Below, one piece after another: positions 51,663 through 64,000 of a DNA stretch of 64,000 nucleotides. The position numbers and the translations under genes were made by a program. The notes below the pieces were generated by a model. The model was not told the DNA's origin and ran no database searches. It was given only the letters and a program-made list of their open reading frames with translations. Source of the stretch: Calditrichia bacterium (lineage in GTDB: Bacteria; Calditrichota; Calditrichia; JAJRVZ01); assembly GCA_963796965.1 (NCBI GenBank), contig CAWCNS010000005.1:224001-288000 (forward strand), written 5' to 3'. Numbering within the stretch: position 1 is the stretch's first letter; every line of letters starts with the position of its first letter.

Positions 51663-53186
51663 ATGGGAAATGCAGTGAGACCTGATGAAGTTTCTGCAAT
51701 TCTGAAAAAGGAACTGGCCGGGTACGAGCAAAAAGCAGATATATATGATTCCGGGACAGTGGTTCAGGTTGGTGATGGTATCGCCCGTGTTTATGGACTT
51801 GAAAAAGTTATGGCAGGCGAGCTAGTCGAATTCCCAAGTAATGTCATGGGAATGGTCTTAAACCTCGAGGAAGACAACGTTGGTGTCATTCTGTTTGGTG
51901 ATGAAACATTAATAAAAGAGGGTGATCTGGTTAAAAGAACCAATACCATTGTCGAGGTCCCTACCGGAGACGAAATGCTTGGTCGGGTTGTGAGCCCGCT
52001 GGGCATACCTTTTGATGGAAAAGGGAAGATTGATTCTACAAATTTTGTTCCTGTTGAGCGTAAAGCTCTTGGGGTCATTCAAAGGCAACCGGTAAAAGAA
52101 CCTCTTGCAACTGGTATTAAAGCCATTGATTCAATGATTCCGATCGGTCGCGGGCAAAGAGAGTTGATTATTGGGGACAGGCAGACGGGAAAAACAGCTG
52201 TTGCCATTGATACGATTATCAATCAAAAAGGTAAAGATGTAATTTGCATTTATGTGGCGATCGGACAGAAAGCCTCAACAGTGCGCAAAGTGGTTCAGAC
52301 CTTAGAGGAACATGATGCACTTGAATATTCCATCATTGTAGCAGCAAATGCCAGTGAACCCGCACCACTTCAATATATTGCACCCTATTCAGGTGCTGCG
52401 ATGGGTGAGTATTTTAGGGATAATGGAAGGCATGTATTGATCATTTATGATGATCTTTCAAAACACGCCTGGGCCTATCGTCAGGTATCGTTGTTGCTTC
52501 GTCGCCCTCCTGGACGCGAGGCATATCCGGGTGATGTTTTTTACCTCCATTCCAGACTTTTGGAAAGAGCTGCAAAGTTGAGCGACGATCTCGGTGGCGG
52601 TTCTATGACGGCATTGCCTATTATTGAAACACAAGCTGGCGATGTTTCGGCTTATATTCCAACCAATGTGATTTCTATTACTGATGGTCAGATTTTTCTG
52701 GAATCCGATCTGTTCTTCTCTGGCGTCAGGCCGGCGATAAATGCTGGTATCTCTGTATCCCGGGTTGGTGGTAATGCCCAAATTAAGGCCATGAAACAGG
52801 TCGCCGGTCGTTTACGGCTTGACCTTGCCCAATATCGCGAACTTGAAGCATTTGCAAAATTTGGATCTGATTTGGATAAGACAACCCAACAACAGCTCCG
52901 ACGCGGTGAACGCCTGGTTGAAGTATTAAAGCAAGATCAATATGCGCAAATGTCTATTGAGAATCAGGTGGCAATTATCTATGCCGCTACTAATGGATAT
53001 CTTGATGAAATCGATATTGATGAGATTAAGCGGTTTGAAAAGGAATTTCTGGCATACTTAGAGGTGAAAAGCCCCAAGTTATTACCGAACCTTGCTGAGA
53101 AGAAGGAAATTGATGATGAAATTGAAAAAGAACTGAATGCAGCAATTGAATCATTTATAAAGGGATTCAAACAAGAGGTTAATTAA
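51663..53186 (+). CDS. atpA: F0F1 ATP synthase subunit alpha
   Basis: [31 protein letters not shown]. Confidence 0.98.
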   Translation: MGNAVRPDEVSAILKKELAGYEQKADIYDSGTVVQVGDGIARVYGLEKVMAGELVEFPSNVMGMVLNLEEDNVGVILFGDETLIKEGDLVKRTNTIVEVPTGDEMLGRVVSPLGIPFDGKGKIDSTNFVPVERKALGVIQRQPVKEPLATGIKAIDSMIPIGRGQRELIIGDRQTGKTAVAIDTIINQKGKDVICIYVAIGQKASTVRKVVQTLEEHDALEYSIIVAANASEPAPLQYIAPYSGAAMGEYFRDNGRHVLIIYDDLSKHAWAYRQVSLLLRRPPGREAYPGDVFYLHSRLLERAAKLSDDLGGGSMTALPIIETQAGDVSAYIPTNVISITDGQIFLESDLFFSGVRPAINAGISVSRVGGNAQIKAMKQVAGRLRLDLAQYRELEAFAKFGSDLDKTTQQQLRRGERLVEVLKQDQYAQMSIENQVAIIYAATNGYLDEIDIDEIKRFEKEFLAYLEVKSPKLLPNLAEKKEIDDEIEKELNAAIESFIKGFKQEVN

Positions 53187-54049
53187 TGGCAACCCTGAGA
53201 GAAATTCGGAACAGAATCGCGAGCGTTAAAAGTACCCAGAAGATTACCAAAGCAATGAAAATGGTGGCAGCTGCCAGGTTGAGAAAGGCCCAGGAAAAGA
53301 TTACATCCACCCGGCCATATGCCTCAAAACTTCAGGAAGTTGTAACCCATTTAATATCAAAATCTGAAAATGGTGAACATGCCTTCATGATGGAGCGGCC
53401 TGTCTCAAAAGTGTTGTTGGTCATGGTGACAGCCGATCGGGGATTATGCGGCGGTTTTAATGCCAATATTATTCGCGAAGCGAGTAGAATAGTGGATACA
53501 TCCAAAGATGTCAATATTTCCATTTTTATTGTGGGGAAAAAGGGCTATGAACATTTTTCTCGCCGGGATTATACTATCTTTGATCATAAGATAAATTTTT
53601 TCAACCATCTCAATTTTCAGAATGCGGTTGAAATCGTTTCCGATCTGGTCTCGGTTTACAATGAAGGCCAATTTGATAAGATTGAGATTCTTTATAATGA
53701 ATTCAAGTCGGCTGTAAGGCAGGACATTACAAGAGAGCAAATCTTACCACTTGTAAGAAATGAAGAGAACGACTCATCTTCAAAGATGGATTATTTATAT
53801 GAACCTGGTCGGGAAGAAATATTAAGTTCTATAATACCTAAACAATTGAACATGCAGATGTGGAAAGTGTTATTGGATAGCAATGCTTCTGAGCAAGGCG
53901 CCAGAATGACGGCGATGGAAAGTGCTACAGATAATGCAGAAGATATGATCGCTGCGTTAACACTTCATTATAACCGTGCCCGTCAGGCGGCAATTACCAA
54001 AGAGATTTCTGAAATTGTTGGTGGGGCAGAAGCGTTGAAGGAACAATAA
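53186..54049 (+). CDS. atpG: F0F1 ATP synthase subunit gamma
   Basis: KITKAMKMVAAA, DRGLCGGFN, RQAAITKEISEIVGGA. Confidence 0.98.
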   Translation: MATLREIRNRIASVKSTQKITKAMKMVAAARLRKAQEKITSTRPYASKLQEVVTHLISKSENGEHAFMMERPVSKVLLVMVTADRGLCGGFNANIIREASRIVDTSKDVNISIFIVGKKGYEHFSRRDYTIFDHKINFFNHLNFQNAVEIVSDLVSVYNEGQFDKIEILYNEFKSAVRQDITREQILPLVRNEENDSSSKMDYLYEPGREEILSSIIPKQLNMQMWKVLLDSNASEQGARMTAMESATDNAEDMIAALTLHYNRARQAAITKEISEIVGGAEALKEQ

Positions 54050-54071
54050 AATTTAAGGATAGGATATTTAA

Positions 54072-55469
<1,398 letters not shown>

Positions 55470-55525
55470 AGTCAGGTTGAATATAAATTTGAATTAACGG
55501 CGTTTGACGATTTTAGGGGTAGTAG

Positions 55526-55924
55526 ATGTCAGACTTAAATGTTGAAATTGTAACACCGGATGGTATCGTGTTTTCAGATACGGTCCATTCTTGCACGGCA
55601 CCGGGGGTGGAAGGACAATTCCAGGTACTTAAGAACCATGCAGATCTTCTTGCTGTTCTGGAGGTCGGAGAAATAAAGTTAATCAAATCTGATGGTGAAA
55701 AATCTCTCGCAACCGGTGGTGGCTATTTAGAAGTGAAAAATGATTCTATAAGCATTGTCGTTGAAAGTGCCGAGCTTTCTGAGCTGATTGATGTGGAGCG
55801 CGCACGGTTAGCAGAAAGCAGGGCGAAAGAACGTTTAGTGAAAAAAGGGGAAATAAATGTTCAAAGGGCTGAGTTCGCTTTAGCCAGGGCATTGAACCGC
55901 ATTAAGATATCTTCCCAAATTTAA
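55526..55924 (+). CDS. atpC: F0F1 ATP synthase subunit epsilon
   Basis: EIVTPD..PGVEGQFQVLKNHA..GGYLEV..RARLA..ARALNRI. Confidence 0.96.
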   Translation: MSDLNVEIVTPDGIVFSDTVHSCTAPGVEGQFQVLKNHADLLAVLEVGEIKLIKSDGEKSLATGGGYLEVKNDSISIVVESAELSELIDVERARLAESRAKERLVKKGEINVQRAEFALARALNRIKISSQI

Positions 55925-56078
55925 TTTTTATTTTTAGTTATTTTCGCTAACTTTAATTCTTTTTATGTCGAGTACTCATATATAATTTTTGCTATTTTTC
56001 CTTGATTGTTTTCTTGAAAAGTTTAAATTAACATAAATCAGTTAAATTATAGGGTTAACTAACTTTCTGAATGGGAGT

Positions 56079-58695
56079 ATGAGGGTGAAAAAGCGGATCA
56101 TATTCCTCACATTATTTCTTTCAATTATCTTTTCATTTCAGATTTTATTGCACGCCCAATCAGCAGAAGACTTAAAGTTTGAAGAGGCGCTTCAACAATA
56201 CATCAATAAAAATCTGTTAAGATTTGGTAAGAATGAAATTGCACGTGAGAGGTTCTTAATCCAGCAGATGAGGGATATTAATGAAGAAATCAAGTCCCGT
56301 ATAAAAAATGTTGGTGCGAAACGTGACCAATATTTTGTGGGGCTCCTCAACAGACTGGAGGAACTCGAGGCATTACGCCAGCGCTTAAGTGATTATAATT
56401 CAGCCACTCTGAATGCTTTCATCGATCAGTTAGATAACCGTATCAGGGAAACTATCGATGAGGGTGAAATAAACTATCGTCGTCAGAAAATATTTGAGGA
56501 CGGTATTCAGGTGTTATATATAGCAGAAGAAATGCTGAAACTTGATCCCGGAGCCAGTACACAGTTAAATCAACAATTGCAGGCATCTAATCAAAAACTC
56601 TTAAATTCTTTTGGTGATGCAGGTAAATCCCCAAGCGGGGCCCCTCAATTTTCATCGCAGGGAAGCGCAACAATATGGGATTTATTTGTTGAATGGCAAC
56701 GGACCAATCGCTTGCAGTATGAGGCGCGATGGACGGATATTGAAATTATTAAGACCAGATTGTTGAAAAATGGAACAGGGATGGAGAAAGATCGCATGTT
56801 TAAACGGGAATTGCGATCAGCCGTATTGGCCTACAATTACCGTAATTTTGATCTGGCGGATCGTCTTTTTGAAGAGATTCTCAATAAATATAGTTTTTTA
56901 AACACGCTTGATGATGTGTATTTTTATAAAGGGGAAGCAAATTATCAGCTGGACCGTTATTCTGCAGCCACCTCTTCCTATCTGGATCTAACAAAAAAAT
57001 ATCCTACTTCATCTCTTAGCGTATAAGGCTTATGCCCGTCTTATAGCAATCTCTCATCATTTTGGAGATGCAGTTAAAGTAGATGGATACTATGAGGAAT
57101 TTGAAAAAATTGCGGTTGGAAGCGATCCACTGGTTGATGAAATCCGATTCACTGCTGGCTTGTCCGCTGTTTCGGCAGGCTCTTACGAACGAGCCGTTAA
57201 TATTTTGAATAATATTCTTCCCAATTCTGAGTATTATATAGATGGAAGATATGTTTTAGCGCAGGCATACGCCGGTTCCCGCAATTTTACCGAAGCTGAA
57301 AATGTTTTAAGAGGCATCGTCAATAATTATAACACGTCATCAAACTATCATTATAACGTATATTTAAAGATCGCTTATCTTAAATATGAGATGGGTGAAT
57401 ATAGTCAATCTAATCTGGCTCTTGATGAAATCGGCGGTGAATTTGGACTATATGATCGGGTGTTAATGGCCTATGCCTGGAATAATTATAAAGCCGAGTT
57501 GTTAAAAGAGCAAGACGAAAGAAGCTTCGAGATTGCTAAAAAATACATCTCTATCCTTACCCAGGAATTTTCTACTTCTGATTATTATCTGGAGGCTAAA
57601 ACTCTATTAGCCTATATCTATCAATTAGAAAAGAATTCTCAGGGGGCTATTGCTCAATACGAATATGTTTATCAATCAGGTCACACAAAGAATGTTTCAG
57701 ATCAAAATCTGCGTGCAAGTGAACGTATCCGTCAGGATTTATATCAATTGGAATCTGAAAAAGCTACTGCCTTACAGAAAAATGAGGAGGGTACCTATCT
57801 GGCTTCACGCTCTCGCTTTCTTGTCCTGCAAGATAGTTTATTGTCGATGAAATACGCAGATCTGAGTCCCAACAGCATGGCGCTTCAAAAAGAAACTGAA
57901 AGACTGGAAGCCCAGATCCAGCAACTGGATCGTTTGCGTGCCCTGGCTATTGAACGCAATAGTCCGGATATGATTGACCGAATTGATGATCTCCGGGAGC
58001 GACTTACGGATCAACTCGAAGATGCACGTGAAATGAGTACTTACTCATTTCTTGGGAAAAATTATTATGATGAACATCCGTTGGCACGTAAAGAAAGTCT
58101 TAGTGAAGACCAATCCAGGAAACTAAATGCCATGCGTGCTGAGGCATTATCTGAATCTCAAAACCTCAAGAAGAAATTATCAGATATTGATACCCGGACT
58201 AATCGGGCCAGAGGGGCAAAAAACTATAAACAAATGGTATTTCTTGATATCCAGCGTGATCGATATAAGGATCTTCTCCGAAAATACGATCTTCTCCATA
58301 CTGTAACTTATGATGTTGATCCTATGGCATCTGACATTCAGTTGGATAAGTGGAGCAACTACGGCGCCTTTGGGATTGCCAACGTCAATTTTGCAGTTCG
58401 CCAGGATGAGAAAAACGAGGTGGCCTACTACAGCAGACAGATCGATACGATTAACCAGATCCTAAATAATCGAAAAACTTTACTTGATTATAAAGTGAAA
58501 CTCATTGACGGTGAAATCAATTTTATGACACGAAAAGTACGGCAACAGGAACGATTGCGTGAAAGAGCGGAACTGGATAGAAAATTTGAAGAATCTTACT
58601 TTGACACCCATACCAGTGAGTTTCAGAGTACCGAAACACAACCTCCTGATTTTAATACTGAGGAAGAAGAAACACTTCCTGATAATGAAAATTAA
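56079..58695 (+). CDS. Large exported TPR/coiled-coil protein (~870 aa; +1 frame break near 57024)
   Basis: Signal peptide (LHA-Q); TPR units such as DDVYFYKGEANYQL and DRVLMAYAWNNYK. ORFs 56079-57026 and 57160-58695 join by removing one T (LSVKAYARLIAI). Confidence 0.82.
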
Positions 58696-58737
58696 TCTGT
58701 GCGCCCTATAAATTTTGCTTGTATCAAGTAAAATTGG

Positions 58738-61700
58738 ATGAATATGATGACAAAAATGAATATTAAAGCATATAAAACTATTTTAAGAAGTATTTTAATT
58801 TTCTCATTTACCTTTCTTCTTTTACCTGGATTAACTAATGCACAAGAAAAAGCAGAACGTGATCTTAAGGTATTAGGAGATAGTTTGTTCAGATCGATGA
58901 ATATTGAGGAATTGAAACAGATCCAGACTGAGTATCAGATCCGGATTGATAATCTTTCCGAAGGACAAGAAAAAACCCGTGACCGAGGACTTGAGGTTAC
59001 GGAAGAATTTCTTAAACGCGAAGGTGGAAATATAAAAGATCAGGATAAAATTCTAATTCGACTCGCAGAATATTATTTTGATCAGGCTGAAGAAGAATAT
59101 TTTGCTCAGAATGAAGATTATGACCTTCAATATGAGGAATATCTCCAGCGTCTGGACCAATATTATGATGGAAATCTGGCTCAGGAGCCGGTAGCTCCGC
59201 CACAGCCAAAATATGATTATACACGTGTAATTGAAATATATAATAAGATATTAACTGAATTTCCAAATAGCGATTTTGCTGATGATGCACTTTATACCAA
59301 AGCTTATCTCATGCAACAAATGAATCAAGGTGTTGAATCCCGCAAAATCTATCAGGAAGTGATAGATCGATATCCAGATAGTCATTTTGCCGCTGACTCC
59401 TATATGCGCCTGGCTGAATATTATTTTGATCCCCGTGAAGATAAGGTAGATGAGCAAAATGTCGTGGAACTGCACAGAGCGATAAGATTGTATAAAAAAG
59501 TACTGCTTTATCGTGATTCGAAGAGATATGATGAGGCATTGTATAAACTTGGGTGGAGTTATTATCGTCTCTCAGCAGAAGATCCCGCCTATTATTCGGA
59601 TGCTATCATATATTTTCTCGCTGTGATAGATGATATTACCCGAGCGGAGGAGCTCGATCCCCGAAATCTGGTAAGTAATCCAAATGTGAAAGATGAAGCG
59701 ATAGAATATATAGGTATCAGTTTTTCCGATGATGAATCCTATGCCCACGCAGGTGTGGATAATGCCCGTCGTTTTATAGAAAGCATTGGCGGTCGAAAAT
59801 TCGGCGTAGAAATTATGCGTTCACTCGGTCAAACATATCAATCTACCGAGCGTAATAATGAAGCAATTCATGCTTATTCAGCGCTTCTGGATATGTATCC
59901 TTATTATAAAGATGCACCACTTATTAAACAAAATATTACCGAAACATATTTTAGTTTGGGTGATGATACGGCAGCGTATAGAACCCGAGATGAGTTATTC
60001 AGGGATTATAATCCCAAGTCAGATTGGTATGCACAAATTGACAATTCTGATATTACTGATAAAGTGGAAGTGTTAAAGTCGGGGCATAAACTTTCTGAGA
60101 AGGCTCTTCAAATGAATATTACCCTGGATTTCCTCAAGGCACAGGAAATGGAAAGCGGGGGGATTTCAACGACAGCAATGTACAGTCGTGTTGCAAAGGA
60201 ATGTGAAGACTATCTGGAAGTATTCCCAACGGATAGTAATGCTTATGGTGTCAACTGGAATTATGCTCAAATCCTTGATCTTAAGATGAATCGTTTTGAG
60301 GAAGCCTATGAACAATATATTCATGTCAGTAACGATTATTTAGAAACTGATTTCCAGAAGATGTCTGCAAATAATGCGATTTTTGTGGCTGATACGCTGG
60401 TGAAAATTGCATTTTCAGGCATCACAGATACATCTTCAATGGCTGATGCGGGTATTGAAATTGCTTCTGTAAATGATGAAGAGGCCTTAAGGCCAGAAAT
60501 ATTAACTGATCAAGAAAAACGACTCATTGAAGCATATGATAATTATATCCGGTTATTTCCAGATGATGAAAATACGCCAAAATATCTGGCCAATGCAGGG
60601 GCTATTTACTTTAATCATAAACAATTCGCTGAAGCAAGAGTTTATTTTAAAACATTGGTTAATAGATTCCCCGGCGCAAGAGAAAAAACGCTGGCCTATC
60701 GCTCTATCATGGATTCATACTTCTACCTTGGTCAATTTGAAGATAGTGAGTTTATAGCGAAAAGAATCCTTCAATCCGAAAATATTCCAGATGAAGAACG
60801 AATTTTCGCACAGAAAAGGCTTGCAGCCTCTATTTTTAACCATGCTAAATTATATGAAGATCAGGGACAGTTTATGGATGCTGCCAATGAGTTTCGACGG
60901 GTCCATACAGAAGCGCCAGAAGATACAGTTTATGCTGAAGCCGGTTTGTTTAATAGTGGTAGAAACTATGATAAGATAAAAGAGTGGGAGAAGGCACTTG
61001 ATACCTATATCCTTCTTGCCGATAGTTATCCTGCTTCAAAATACATGATCTCTTCATTAAAAAATGCTGCTGAGGATAACAAAGAGTTAAAACATTTCTC
61101 GGATGCTGCCCAGATATATGAGAGAATTTATAGTCGTCAGATTAGCGTTCCGGAAGAGGCTGAAGTAGCTCTTTATAATGCCGCTTATTATTATAAGGAA
61201 GGTGAGGATTGGAATAATGCGATTCGTTTGAATAACCAATATATTGAAACTTATCCGGATAATCCTCTCTCAACCGATTTCTATTTCGCAACCGCTGGTT
61301 TTTATTTAAAGTTAGATAATCTTACTGAAGCGAACAGGATTTATGCTGAATTTGCCACAAAATATCCCGATGATCCACGTGGTGTACAGGCATTTTATGA
61401 ACGCGGTTCTTATTATCAGGATAATGGACAACTTGGCCTGGCAAAAGCCGAGTACCAAAAGGCAATCACTAAAAGTGAGACCTTGAACCAGAGGGGAATG
61501 GATCCTAATCGGTATTATGTCGGGGAAGCACTCAATAAAATGGTTGATATGCTGTATGATGAATATATGGCAATTGAATTACGGCAACCAGCCAGTAATA
61601 TAGAAGGACAACAAGCCAGGATGAGAGGGCTGATTAAAGACATTGCCTCAAATGATCTGAAAATTATCGCCAATGGTTCCATAAGAAGTTTTGAAGCTGC

Positions 61701-63616
61701 TTATAGAAATGCTGAAGTTTATGAATTATTTGCCGATAAGTATTTAAATCAGGAAAGAAATCTTAACCTTTCGGCTGATCAAAAATTCGTTGAAGATAAA
61801 AAAATTAGTGATGCTTCCGCAGGATTATACGATAAAGCAGTGGATGAATATATAAAAGCAATGGAAAATATACCGATAATTGCCGAAAAACTTGAAGTGG
61901 ATTTGTTTTCTGTCGATACAACGGAAACAGAAGTTGCTGTTGATACCTCCTATTCAGACACCTTAGGAACCGTTGCACGTGCTACGGAGGTTGATTCAAC
62001 AAAAGAAATTGGCCTAAAGTGGTACAATCTTGCTTCCGGGAAAATTTCCTTTCTATACTATAAAGAAGCAGAAATTACTAAAATGAGCATCAACCAGGCA
62101 TTTGCAACAACCAATCCCTATACTGATGCTTATCCGGCAATATTATTTCAGGCACAGCTAATCACAAAGTTAATTAATCCTGCTGTGGAAAGTACAATTG
62201 TAGCACATCTTAAAAATATTGATGAAGCCAAAACATTGAATCTCAGTAATAAATATGTCGAAGAATCAAAGCGTCAGATTCTGCTGACTTCGAATATTCC
62301 TGCAGAGGAAGTCGAAAAACTTGCCTATTTATCTCTCCGAGATTATTCGTCTCAAATGAAAGAATTCCGTCGGTTGATTGAGGAAGAATATGGCACCCTT
62401 AATGCAAAAGGCAGAGATTATCCTGTGATAAAAGACGAGGTTCAACAACTCATTGATGTATCTAAAACGCTCTCTATTTCAGCTATGAATAGTTATGCTC
62501 AAACATTACAACGCGCTGAAGATCAGGGAATCAAAAATGATTTTGTGAGAACCACACAAGATCGGATGATGAGAATTGCTGTTGAACTTACAGATAGGTA
62601 TGAAGCCTATCATGATAGCGCCGAATACTGGCAGGGTTATTATCAAACACGTTTTGATTCTACAGAAAACTATAATTATGATGATGCCTTCCTTTTTTAC
62701 CAGGAACAGACATTTGGTTTTACAGATTATGAACAGGAAATACTTGATCACGCTTTTCAGTTAAAAGAGCAATATGATATCAATAATTTGTGGTCTAATA
62801 AAGTATTGGCCAAACTAATCGCAGTAGATCCTGCAACGTATGCCGGGGCAGTTGAACGAGAGAAATATATCATCGAAAGCGACGATACCTGGCTGGTGTC
62901 AAGAACCTATGAAGCCGGATATAATAGAGAGGATTTTGACGATTCTGGCTGGAAAAATGCTGGCATTGTAACATCAGTCTTATAATCAATTTGTAGAATT
63001 AGATGTCAATCCAAAAGCCATGTGGCTGCCAAGTAAAAAAGTTGTCATTGATACATCTCAGGTATCTCCTTTTGATACAACATTTGGAATGTCTGATTCA
63101 ATGGGACTGATGGATTCAACTGGCCTGGTCTCATCTGACACTACCGCCGCTCCAGATTTTGGCGGTGTCGAGGATCCATCTCTATCATTCGCAGATGATG
63201 TGATGGCTGATTCTTCTGATAGTGATACTGTTCAGGTATATTTTAGAAAGAAAATTGATCTGAAGGGTACGCCGGTTGAGGGGACGATTTATATCACAGC
63301 CGATAACGATTTTAATCTCTTCTTAAACGAAGAGTATATTACTGACGATGAGATGGATAATTTTGCTATCATTGATACAGTTGATTATGGATATCTTTCT
63401 TATTCCATAAAACCAGGTCTAAATACATTGGCCCTTCGGGTGACAGACACGGATAAAACCAGGAATGGTGTAAAAATTTATGGTTATCTTGAGTTGATTC
63501 CTCTTGATATCCTCGCTGCGATGGAAGAAAGAAGCAAGATCGCAGGGCTGGATATTGACCCTGCAATTTTAAAACGGATCAATAGGCTAAATAAAAACCG
63601 TATAACGGTAAGGTAG
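58738..63616 (+). CDS. Giant exported TPR protein (~1620 aa) with a C-terminal jelly-roll (galactose-binding-like) domain; GltD/AgmU-like architecture (+1 frame break near 62980)
   Basis: Signal peptide (TNA-Q); many YfiO/CpoB-style TPR units (FPNSDFADDALY, YPDSHFAADSYMRLAEYYF, YDEALYKLGWSYY). Removing one T joins it to 63020-63616 with DFDDSGW..VYFRKKI..ITADNDFNLFLN. Confidence 0.8.
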
Positions 63617-63620
63617 CGAA

Positions 63621-64000
63621 ATGGTGAATTTAACAATTAAAATATTTATCATTTTTCTCATGGTTGTGCCAGGTGCCCTTGTGTTTGCACAGCCAGCAGA
63701 AACCGATGACCAAATATATGAATTTATTGCAGTTGAGGTTAAACCGGTTATCACGCGTGATTCACAACCAATATATCCTCAAAGTGCAATAGATGCCGGT
63801 ATTGAAGGTACCGTTGGTGTCACCGATAGTAGTAGATAAAAATGGTAATGTTGCCAGTGCTGTGATTTATAATTCTATCCAGCAATTGGATAATGCGGCC
63901 TTACGGGCAGCCAGGGCAAAAGTATATTCACCCGGACAAATTGGTGGAGCACCCGTAAGCACGAAAATGAATATACCGATAGAATTTTTTCTCCCGGATT
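63621..64000 (+). CDS. TonB C-terminal-domain protein (+1 frame break near 63825; runs off the window end)
   Basis: Signal-like N-terminus (VFA-Q); VEVKP..PIYPQSAIDAGIEGTV; after the frame fix IVVDKNGNV..LDNAALRAA..PGQIGGAPVSTKMNIPIEF. Confidence 0.85.

Overview
This is a bacterial chromosomal segment with AT-rich intergenic DNA. Gene styles suggest an FCB-related anaerobe such as Calditrichota/KSB1, which is an inference. Contents in order: 5' part of ftcD with an apparent C2H2 zinc-finger insertion; a Nudix hydrolase; an ECF sigma/anti-sigma pair; and a ~15 kb island around a Hyd-2-type (group 1c-like) [NiFe]-hydrogenase operon (marR-hybOABCD). The island also carries a divergent nikR, a Cache sensor kinase, a stand-alone receiver and two paralogous SDR proteins fused to a globin-like (RsbRD-N-like) domain. 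Next come a membrane protein/NTPase pair, an MFP plus two RND permeases with a four-helix-bundle gene between them, a TonB-receptor-like barrel, crcB-DUF190, TIGR03545/03546, an MFS transporter, small paralogous ORFs, a membrane-fused spermidine synthase-like gene and a GMC oxidase. The window ends with parA-parB-M23-bactofilin-F1Fo ATP synthase and two giant exported TPR proteins plus a TonB-C protein. Intergenic DNA holds several families of nested REP/MITE-like inverted repeats. About 14 reading-frame breaks are all single-base insertions, most likely assembly errors, so genes are reported rejoined. No rRNA, tRNA or CRISPR array was recognised. The best candidate for an undescribed system is the hydrogenase-flanking SDR-globin / Cys-MarR / Cache-kinase module.
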